Source: an uncultured Spirochaetota bacterium
GTDB lineage: Bacteria > Spirochaetota > Spirochaetia > SZUA-6 > Fen-1364
Length of the DNA stretch: 64,000 nucleotides
NCBI GenBank assembly: GCA_963781885.1
Contig: CAWAHW010000001.1
Span: 288,001-352,000, forward strand
Reading direction: 5' to 3'
This document shows, piece by piece, positions 1 through 7,706 of this stretch. The stretch's first letter is position 1. Each line of letters begins with the position of its first letter. Below the pieces are notes generated by a model that was not told the DNA's origin, did no database searches, and saw only the letters and a program-made list of their open reading frames with translations. A program made the position numbers and the translations under genes.

Positions 1-688
1 CGCTCTTCAGGTCGCGGCTGCGGTTGCCGGCCAGGAAGCCGCGCGCGAGCGGGCTCCACGGGATGACGCCCAGGCCCTGGTCCACGCAGAGCGGTATCAC
101 TTCGCGCTCCTCCTCCCGGTAGACCAGGTTATAGTGGTCCTGCATCGTCACGAACCGGGCCCAGCCGTGACGCTCTGAAATCGAAAGCGCCTTCATGAGC
201 TGCCAGGCGAACATGCTCGATGCGCCGATGTAGCGTGCCTTGCCGGCGCGCACGACGTCGTTGAGGGCTTCCAGGGTTTCCTCGATCGGCGTCTGATCGT
301 CCCAGCGATGGATCTGGTAGAGATCGACGTGATCCATGCCCAGCCTGCGCAACGAGGCATCGATGCCGTCCATGATGTGCGTGCGGGAGAGGCCGGCGGC
401 ATTCGGATCAGGACCCATGCGGCTGTTCACCTTTGTCGCCACGACAACCTCGTCGCGGCGGGCAAAATCCTTGAGGGCGCGGCCCGTCACCTCCTCGCTC
501 GCACCGAGAGAATAGACGTCGGCGGTGTCGAAGAAGTTGATGCCCAGATCGAGCGCGCGCTTGAAGAAGGGACGCGCCTCCTTTTCCTCCAGCACCCAGT
601 CCCGCCACTTCGGCGTGCCATACGTCATGGTGCCCAGGCAGATGCGGGAAACCTTGAGCCCCGTCTTTCCCAGCCTCACGTAGTCCAT
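1..688 (-). CDS. Aldo/keto reductase (3' end lies outside the window)
   Basis: Manual translation from ATG 688: MDYVRLGKTGLKVSRICLGTMTYG...GINFFDTADVYS...DLYQIHRWD, typical AKR motifs. Confidence 0.9.
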   Translation of the reverse strand, partial: MDYVRLGKTGLKVSRICLGTMTYGTPKWRDWVLEEKEARPFFKRALDLGINFFDTADVYSLGASEEVTGRALKDFARRDEVVVATKVNSRMGPDPNAAGLSRTHIMDGIDASLRRLGMDHVDLYQIHRWDDQTPIEETLEALNDVVRAGKARYIGASSMFAWQLMKALSISERHGWARFVTMQDHYNLVYREEEREVIPLCVDQGLGVIPWSPLARGFLAGNRSRDLKS

Positions 689-705
689 GCAGCCCCCACG
701 GGCAC

Positions 706-734
706 AAGCTACCGCCGCGGGAGGCAGGCGTCAA
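706..734 (-). promoter_or_regulatory. sigma70-type promoter for the AKR gene
   Basis: TTGACG-17nt-TAGCTT on the minus strand. Confidence 0.55.
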
Positions 735-808
735 TGCAACCGGCCGCGCCGCCCGCGAGGGCTTTTTCCATTGAACTGATGCCTGATGACTGTTAGCTTG
801 AAACCACG

Positions 809-1477
809 ATGCAAAAGACCCAGGCAAGGATATTGATCTGCGGTCTTGCCGCCCTCTGTTCTCTGCCCGTGGGGGCTCAGGAGAAATACATCTACCGGGA
901 GCGCACCCGGGATCAGGAAATTCGCACGACGATCTGGGAGACAAAGCTGCCTGGTGGATCGATCGTCAACTCCGCCATGAGCGATGGCGATGCGCACCGC
1001 GTGCAGGTCGATGAGTCCTTTGCAACGCAGAGATACACCTTCGAAAGCCCGAAGCGAAACACCGCGTACGTGGTCGTGCGCCAGGGAAACACGCTCCGCC
1101 TGGAGGGCACGCTGAACGGCCGGCCCCTGCTTCGCACGGTCCAGATCGACTCCCGTCCCTGGTACGAGTCCCTCGAATGGACTCTGCAAGGATATGTCGC
1201 CGCATCATTCGACTCGGTCGTCTTCTGGATCGTTCACCCTTTCGAAGCAAAGGTGTACCTCATGAGGGCGCATGCGGAGGCGCACGAAAGCATCCCGGTG
1301 AACGATCGCAGCACGGATGCCGTGAGGGTGCGCGTGGGCCTTGCCGGCATCGGCTCCATCCTCTGGAGCTCGCTCTACTGGTTTCGACCGATGGATGGCG
1401 AATTCCTCAAGTCCGAAGCCGTGCGCGGTTTCCCGGGAACGCCCCTGACTGTCGTGGAGCTGGTCAGCGCCCCGTGA
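809..1477 (+). CDS. Hypothetical exported protein (possibly DUF3108-like)
   Basis: 222-aa ORF with signal peptide (…CSLPVGA/QE) and beta-rich sequence; TTGAAC-17-TAGCTT upstream at 771-799. Confidence 0.65.
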   Translation: MQKTQARILICGLAALCSLPVGAQEKYIYRERTRDQEIRTTIWETKLPGGSIVNSAMSDGDAHRVQVDESFATQRYTFESPKRNTAYVVVRQGNTLRLEGTLNGRPLLRTVQIDSRPWYESLEWTLQGYVAASFDSVVFWIVHPFEAKVYLMRAHAEAHESIPVNDRSTDAVRVRVGLAGIGSILWSSLYWFRPMDGEFLKSEAVRGFPGTPLTVVELVSAP

Positions 1478-1506
1478 GCGGCGGCCTATCGGAAGCGCCG
1501 CGAAGC

Positions 1507-2505
1507 TCACTCCTTCTCGAAGGGCGTTCCCAGGGCAGAGGGCGGTTTGACATTCAGCGCGCGCAGGACCTTCGCGACGCGTTTGCGGGCCCGTTCGGGC
1601 AGGCGCGCGAGCGACCTCTCCACCCACTCGGCGTTGCCGATGTTCACGAAAAGAAGCGTCAGGATCATGAGGGGAAACGGGGCCACTTGCAGGACCTGCG
1701 ACGGGATGCCGGGCAGGGCAGGCTGCAGGACGAGCCCCAGCCATTGAAGGAAGGAGAAAAGGTAGGCGCCAAAGGCGGCCCGGAACGGGTTCCAGCCGCC
1801 GAAGATGGTGATCGCAAGGACGATCCATCCCATGCCGTCCAGGCCGCTTATGGTTCCCTTCCACCCTGCCTTGACTGAAAGCGAATAGATGGGACCTGCC
1901 AGACCCGCGATGGCGCCGCCTGCCACCGTGTAGAGATAGCGCAGCCTGTTCACGTTCGCGCCCCGCACATATGCCGCGGAAGGCCGCTCACCGATGCCGC
2001 GCAGCAGAAGACCGGGCCGCGTGCGGAAGATGAAAATCCATGCGCCAACGATCAGGAGGAAGCTGAGATAGGTCATGATGTCCTGCTGGAAAAGGAGGAC
2101 GCCAAGACCGGGGATGTCTGCAAGAAAGGGGATGCGCAGCGTGGAAAGGCGCGGCCCTGTTTCACCCATGATGGGATTGCCCAGGAAGTAGGAAAGATCG
2201 CGGCAGAGGAGCGTGAGCACGAAACCCACGGCCACCTGCGACTGGCGCAGCGTGATGCTCGCGAATGCGAGCACGAGGGCCACGAGTCCGCCGATGAGCG
2301 CCCCCGCAAGGAATCCCAGCACGATGCTCCCGGTGGCAAGCGTCGCGGCAAAGCCGCCCATCGCGCAGAGCAGGATCTTCCCGTTCATCGACAGGTTGGT
2401 GACGCCGGCCCTCTCCGAGATGGTCTCCCCAATGGCGCCGAAGATCAGGGGAGCGGCGGATGTGAGCACGCCGGCAAGCCCGACAAGAATGACGGCCAGG
2501 CTCAT
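1507..2505 (-). CDS. Nucleoside/sugar ABC transporter permease
   Basis: MSLAVILVG…GETISERAGVTNLS, GMGWIVLAITIFGGW; ATGA overlap with the upstream permease. Confidence 0.9.
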   Translation of the reverse strand: MSLAVILVGLAGVLTSAAPLIFGAIGETISERAGVTNLSMNGKILLCAMGGFAATLATGSIVLGFLAGALIGGLVALVLAFASITLRQSQVAVGFVLTLLCRDLSYFLGNPIMGETGPRLSTLRIPFLADIPGLGVLLFQQDIMTYLSFLLIVGAWIFIFRTRPGLLLRGIGERPSAAYVRGANVNRLRYLYTVAGGAIAGLAGPIYSLSVKAGWKGTISGLDGMGWIVLAITIFGGWNPFRAAFGAYLFSFLQWLGLVLQPALPGIPSQVLQVAPFPLMILTLLFVNIGNAEWVERSLARLPERARKRVAKVLRALNVKPPSALGTPFEKE

Positions 2506-3548
2506 GAGGCGCCCTTTCCCATGAGCTTCTGGCGCACGCCCTGGCCCAGAAGCACAAAGAGCACAAGCGTGCCCTGGAGCACGCCGGCGAGGGAGGAATC
2601 CTGCCGCAGCACGATCGGCAGCTGGATGCTCCCCACGTTGAGCGCGGCAAAAAAGAGCGCCACGGGCGCGGCGAGTGCCGCGTTGAAATTGGCGAGCATC
2701 GCCACCATGAGACCGAGGTAGCCGTAGCCGCTGGAGATGGAAGGGATGAGGCGATGATAGACCGACGTGACCTGTATCGCGCCGGCAAGACCGGCAAAGA
2801 TGCCGCACAGCGCAAAGGAGAACATCATGTGCTGCCAGGTCGGGACGCCCAGGAGGTAGGCTGCCTTCTCATTGCGGCCCACGGCCTTCAAACGCAGGCC
2901 GAAATGCGTGCCGCGCAGCATGCCGTACACAAGGCCGATGCCGAGCACCGCGATCACCAGCGCCGACACGCTGAGGCGCGACTGCGGGGTGACCGTGATC
3001 ATCCACAGCGCGGGCGGGAAGGGCACCGTGCCGGACATCGAGGCAACACCCGGTCTTTTCCAGGGCCCGAAGATGAGCCAGAGGTTCAACGCCGAGGCCA
3101 CGAAGTTCAGGCCAAGACCGCCGAATATCTCGTTCACGCCGCCGAACGTCTTGAGCGCTCCCGCGAGCATCGCCCAGAGCGCTCCTCCCGCCATGCCGGC
3201 GACAACCGCGCAGGCCAGGATGAGCGCGGGGGGCACGCTGCTTGCCAGGAGCGTGCGCAGCATCCAGGTGGTGAAGACGGCCCCGAGGGTGATCTGCCCC
3301 TCGATGCCGATATTCCACAGCCCTGCCGTGAAGGTGACCAGAAGGCCCGCCGTTGAAAGCAGGAGCGGCACCCAGGCAACCAGGACATTCGCCGCGACAT
3401 CCCAGGAGCCGACGGCACCCAGGACGATATTCGCGTAGGCGGCAAGCGGCGGCGCGTGCGCGGCAAGCATGACGAGAGTCGTGAGGAGGAGGGCGAGTAC
3501 GATGGCTGCGACGCGCAGCGCGGCACGGGAAACGCCCGCCTTATGCAC
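2502..3548 (-). CDS. Nucleoside/sugar ABC transporter permease
   Basis: GLWNIGIEGQ, GYGYLGLMVAML motifs; multiple TM segments. Confidence 0.9.
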   Translation of the reverse strand: MHKAGVSRAALRVAAIVLALLLTTLVMLAAHAPPLAAYANIVLGAVGSWDVAANVLVAWVPLLLSTAGLLVTFTAGLWNIGIEGQITLGAVFTTWMLRTLLASSVPPALILACAVVAGMAGGALWAMLAGALKTFGGVNEIFGGLGLNFVASALNLWLIFGPWKRPGVASMSGTVPFPPALWMITVTPQSRLSVSALVIAVLGIGLVYGMLRGTHFGLRLKAVGRNEKAAYLLGVPTWQHMMFSFALCGIFAGLAGAIQVTSVYHRLIPSISSGYGYLGLMVAMLANFNAALAAPVALFFAALNVGSIQLPIVLRQDSSLAGVLQGTLVLFVLLGQGVRQKLMGKGAS

Positions 3549-5034
3549 GGACGGCCTCGCCGGTGAATGCTTCCCACCCCTTGCCGCCGATCAGCTCTCC
3601 GAGCCGCTCCACCGAGAGACCTTCGGCAGGGAGGGGAGGCGACATGCGCCCCGCGAAGAAGACGAGCACCCTGTCGCTGTACTGCAGCACCTCGTCCAGA
3701 TCGGCCGAGATGAAAAGGATCGCGGCGCCCTGCGCGCAGCGCTCCTTGAGCTTGCCCCAGATGTAGAGTGTCGACTCGATGTCGAGGCCGCGCGTGGGAT
3801 GCTCCAGGAGGATGAGGGCGAGCTCCTTTTTCAGGAGCGCCAGGAGCATGCGCTGCTGGTTGCCGCCAGACAGCGCTTCCACGGCATGGGACGGGGACCC
3901 CTTGATGTTGTAGGTGCCGATGCGCTCCGCTGCGACCGCCGCCGCGGCGCGCCTGTCGATGAAGGGACCGGCCCTGCCTTCCGAAAGCACGAAGTGCTCC
4001 GCGAGGCTGAGGCCGGGCACCAGCCCCTGCTCCAGCCGGGCAGCGGGCAGGTAGGCAACCCCTTTGCGCATGAAGGCATGGTAGGAGTGACCGGTCATGT
4101 CGCAATCCATGATGCCCACGCGTCCGGCCACCGTGCGCGCAAGACCGGCGCAGCTTGAGAGAAGGAGGGATTGCCCCGAGCCTTCCATGCCGGCAAGCCC
4201 GATCACCTCTCCCGCACGGGCGCGAAAGCTCACGTCCCTGATCTGGATCCGGGCGCTGTCGATGCTCACCGCCTCCAGGGAAAGGATTTCCCGCCCGGGC
4301 CGCGCCGCCGTGCGCGCACCGATGGACACATCCTTGCCGAACATCATGCGCACGAGCGCGCTCGTCTGGTACGGCGGCGCGGCCGCGCCCGCCAGTTGTC
4401 CCTGGCGCAGCACGGCGACCCGGTCACAGAGGAACTCGACGTCCTCCAGCTTATGGGAAACGAAGACCACGGTCATGCCCTGCCCGGCGAGCGATTTCAG
4501 CGTAGCAAAGAGCTTCTCCTTCTGCGGCTGGCTGATGCCGGTGGTGGGCTCGTCGAGGATGAGCACCCGGGCGCCCAGCCACAGGAGACGCAGGATCTCC
4601 AGCTGCTGGCGCTCCCCGACGGTGAGCGTGTCGACCCACGCGTCAGGATCGAGGTCGAATCCGAATTGCCCCGCGAGCGTTTTCAGGTCCCTCCCGGCGC
4701 GACGGCGGTCGGGAAAGAAGCCCCCTTTTCTGCCCAGGATGAAGTCATCGATGATGCGCAGGGGCGGGAAGTCCAGCGGGTCCTGGTGCAGCATGCCGAT
4801 GCCCAGCCGGATGGCGTCGGCGGGTGACGTGATGATCGTGCGGACCCCGTCCAGCAGGATGTCCCCTTCATCGGGGTGAAAGAACCCCGAAAGTATCTTC
4901 ATGAGCGTGCTCTTCCCGGCCCCGTTCTCCCCGAGGATGCCCTGGATGCACGCGGAAGGCACGGAAAGGCTGATGCCGGCATTGGCCTGTATCGTGCCGA
5001 AGGTCTTTCGGATGGAGCGGAGCTCGACGTTCAT
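3541..5034 (-). CDS. ABC transporter ATP-binding protein (tandem ATPase domains, CUT2 type)
   Basis: GENGAGKST Walker A, ILDEPT, second-domain LSGGNQQ. Confidence 0.93.
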   Translation of the reverse strand: MNVELRSIRKTFGTIQANAGISLSVPSACIQGILGENGAGKSTLMKILSGFFHPDEGDILLDGVRTIITSPADAIRLGIGMLHQDPLDFPPLRIIDDFILGRKGGFFPDRRRAGRDLKTLAGQFGFDLDPDAWVDTLTVGERQQLEILRLLWLGARVLILDEPTTGISQPQKEKLFATLKSLAGQGMTVVFVSHKLEDVEFLCDRVAVLRQGQLAGAAAPPYQTSALVRMMFGKDVSIGARTAARPGREILSLEAVSIDSARIQIRDVSFRARAGEVIGLAGMEGSGQSLLLSSCAGLARTVAGRVGIMDCDMTGHSYHAFMRKGVAYLPAARLEQGLVPGLSLAEHFVLSEGRAGPFIDRRAAAAVAAERIGTYNIKGSPSHAVEALSGGNQQRMLLALLKKELALILLEHPTRGLDIESTLYIWGKLKERCAQGAAILFISADLDEVLQYSDRVLVFFAGRMSPPLPAEGLSVERLGELIGGKGWEAFTGEAVRA

Positions 5035-5042
5035 TGCCGCCT

Positions 5043-5077
5043 AAAAACGAGGGGCGAGACGGATCCGCCTCGCCCCC
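5043..5077 (-). terminator. Intra-operon stem-loop with U tract after the binding-protein gene
   Basis: GGGGCGAG…CTCGCCCC inverted repeat followed by TCGTTTTT on the minus strand. Confidence 0.6.
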
Positions 5078-5096
5078 GGTATGCGCATGCCCTCGT

Positions 5097-6296
5097 CTAT
5101 TTCTGGACGGAGAGCCCTTCCATGCCCTGAAGGAGCTGGGGCAGGTACCAGATCTGCTGGTCGGTCGCGGCCTTGCCGCTTGCAAGGTACGCGGTGCCGT
5201 CCTGGAGTGCCAGCGGGCCTTTCCAGAGGTTGAGGCCGCCCGCAAGCTCCTTGATGAACTTGTCCACCGTGGTGGAGGCGGTTGCGGAAAGCGCGCCGCC
5301 CTTGTTGAACCCGACCGCGGTCGTGTCGGGGGCGTTGATGTTCTTCCAGTCGGGCGCGTTCCACTCGAAGTGGGATTTCCAGCTGCCGCTCATGGCGCTC
5401 TTCACGACGTTGACGTAGGCAGGGCCCCAGTTGAAATAGGGGACGCCGAGGTTGACGTTCGGCGCCATTTCCGAGGCCTTGTAGTAGTCGTAGGCGACCG
5501 CCCAGACCTTCTTGCCCTGGGCCGCGTACTTCACGGCTTCCGTGACGGCTTCCGTGGTATCGATGCCCGACACGACGACGTCATAGCCGCTGTTGAAGAA
5601 ATCATCCGCGACCTGCGACGGATCGGAGGTGACGCCGGGGATGTTGAACCAGAACCCGATCCAGGTGACCTTGAACTTCAGCTTCGCGGGGTCCTTCTTG
5701 AGATAATTCGTCCACGCGTAGCGCGCGCCGAGGTACACCGAGGAGGCGAGCCTGCGGGTTTCATCGTTGATGAGCGGCCCGAGGTAGCCGATCTGCCCGG
5801 TCTGCGTCGTCATGGCCGCGGCAACGCCCGCGATCATCTTGCTGAACTCCATGCGGCCCATGACGTTGATCATGTTCGGCATGTCCTGGTAGGTCTTCCC
5901 GTCCTTCCACACCTGGCTGCCCGAGCTCATGATGACGAAGATGTCCTTGTGCGCCAGGGCGAACTTCACGGCTTCGTCGGCCATGTCGTCGGAGCTGAAA
6001 ATGATGAGCTTCGCGCCCTGCGTCATGAGGCTCTCGGCGAGCTGGGAGACCGTGGTCCCCGGGCGGTCCGACGAGTTCGCCTTGTCGATGTACACCATCT
6101 TGGTGCCCGGGACCTTGTTGGTGACGTACTGGACGGCGTCGTAGTTCGCCTGACTCCAGCCCTGGTCGTTGTACGGGCCGACCATCACGAGCCCGATGGT
6201 GAGCGACGAGCCCGCCGCGGGCATGGCCTGTCCCCAGGCTGCCGACGCGGCCAGGACAACGGCCAGAATGAGAATGAGTGTGCGGAACCTCTTCAT
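5097..6296 (-). CDS. BMP family ABC substrate-binding protein (nucleoside/purine type)
   Basis: Signal peptide MKRFRTLIL…; GPYNDQGWSQ, WIGFWF, YFNWGPAY motifs; first gene of the ABC operon. Confidence 0.9.
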   Translation of the reverse strand: MKRFRTLILILAVVLAASAAWGQAMPAAGSSLTIGLVMVGPYNDQGWSQANYDAVQYVTNKVPGTKMVYIDKANSSDRPGTTVSQLAESLMTQGAKLIIFSSDDMADEAVKFALAHKDIFVIMSSGSQVWKDGKTYQDMPNMINVMGRMEFSKMIAGVAAAMTTQTGQIGYLGPLINDETRRLASSVYLGARYAWTNYLKKDPAKLKFKVTWIGFWFNIPGVTSDPSQVADDFFNSGYDVVVSGIDTTEAVTEAVKYAAQGKKVWAVAYDYYKASEMAPNVNLGVPYFNWGPAYVNVVKSAMSGSWKSHFEWNAPDWKNINAPDTTAVGFNKGGALSATASTTVDKFIKELAGGLNLWKGPLALQDGTAYLASGKAATDQQIWYLPQLLQGMEGLSVQK

Positions 6297-6431
6297 GAAC
6301 CCCCCCTTTTGTGGTGCGTCGTCCATCTCCTCACGTCATTGCGAAAACACCTCGACACGAGGGAATGCACGACTCGTCTGTTTGAATATGCATGAATATA
6401 CAACGATCGAGTGACGCGTCACAAGCGGGCG

Positions 6432-7706
6432 CTATGGCCGCGTCCGCTTCCGATCGCGCGGAAAAAGGGTCGCCTCTTTCACGCTCGCCAGGCCCAGTAT
6501 CTTCTGCGTGAGCCTCTCCATGCCAATGGCAAAACCCCCGTGCGGCGGGCAGCCGTACTTGAAGATCGAGAGGTAGTCCGCAAGACCTTCCGGGTTCAGA
6601 TCGAAGGCCTGAAGGTTTTCCATCAGCATGTCGTAGCGATTGATGCGAATGCTCCCCGACGTCACCTCCAGGCCGCGGAACAGGAGGTCAAAGGACTTCG
6701 TACGATTGTTCTCCGCGGGGAAGGTGTAGAAAGGCCGTGACTTGCGCGGGTAGGCAAAGACAAAGACTGCCTCCACGCCCGCCGACTTCATGGCCCAGTC
6801 GCACAGTGCGCGCTCGCCCTCCGGGCTTATCTCGTAGACCTTCTTGCCCGTCTCCTTGCTCACGATCTCCTTCGCCTCGTCGTGGGAAACCCGGGGAATG
6901 CGGGAGCAGAGGTCAGGATCGGGCACCGTTGCCTTCCATGCGTCGAGGTCCTTCTGATTGGAGGAACGGACCCCCGCGAAGATGGCCGCGAGAATGCCTG
7001 CCTCCAGGTCCATCAGCTCCTGCTCGGACTCGATGAAGGCCATCTCCACGTCCAGTGACACAAACTCGTTGATGTGCCGCGGCGTGTCGTGCTTCTCGGC
7101 CCGATACGCCGGACCGATCTCGAAGACGCGCTCCAGGCCCGCGGCGATCATGACCTGCTTATAGATCTGCGGCGACTGGGTGAGGTAGACCTTCGTGTCG
7201 AAGTAATCCACGGAGAAAAGCCCCGTCCCGCCTTCCGTGCCCGTGCCGATGAGCTTGGAGGTCTTGATCTCCGTGAAGCCCTGGCTGCGCAAATATTCGG
7301 CAAAACAGCGCAGGACCGTGGACTGCACGCGAAAGATGGAGAGGATCGAAGGGTTGCGCAGCGCGATCATCCGGTTGTCGAGTATCGATTCAAGCGACGT
7401 CTTTCCCGGGTCCTGGTTGACGGGGAAGGGCAGGTCCGGGGCGGCAGGGGAGACGACCTGCATGCTCTGCACGCGCACCTCCACGCCGCCAGGCGCCTTC
7501 TCATTCGCGGCGACGGTTCCCTGGACCTGGATGACCGTTTCCACCGTCACGTCGGGCTTCGCGTCGAAGACGAGCTGGCCCATGCCGCTTCTGTCCCGCA
7601 AGAGCACGAATGAAACGCCCCCCAGGTCCCGGATGCGATGCACCCAGCCGCTCAGGCTGACCGTGCTCCCCACGGCGCTGGGAAGCTCAGAGACAAGCGT
7701 CCGCAT
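6432..7706 (-). CDS. aspS: Aspartate-tRNA(Asp/Asn) ligase, short archaeal-type, likely non-discriminating
   Basis: [44 protein letters not shown]; 424 aa with no GAD insertion; KAPGG loop. Confidence 0.93.
   Translation of the reverse strand: MRTLVSELPSAVGSTVSLSGWVHRIRDLGGVSFVLLRDRSGMGQLVFDAKPDVTVETVIQVQGTVAANEKAPGGVEVRVQSMQVVSPAAPDLPFPVNQDPGKTSLESILDNRMIALRNPSILSIFRVQSTVLRCFAEYLRSQGFTEIKTSKLIGTGTEGGTGLFSVDYFDTKVYLTQSPQIYKQVMIAAGLERVFEIGPAYRAEKHDTPRHINEFVSLDVEMAFIESEQELMDLEAGILAAIFAGVRSSNQKDLDAWKATVPDPDLCSRIPRVSHDEAKEIVSKETGKKVYEISPEGERALCDWAMKSAGVEAVFVFAYPRKSRPFYTFPAENNRTKSFDLLFRGLEVTSGSIRINRYDMLMENLQAFDLNPEGLADYLSIFKYGCPPHGGFAIGMERLTQKILGLASVKEATLFPRDRKRTRP

Noticed and set aside
3790-3880. 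Degenerate Walker B (LEHPTRG) in the second ATPase domain
   Set aside because: A degenerate second site is normal for tandem CUT2-type ATPases
6297-6431. Purine riboswitch upstream of the BMP gene
   Set aside because: The conserved aptamer core is not recognisable
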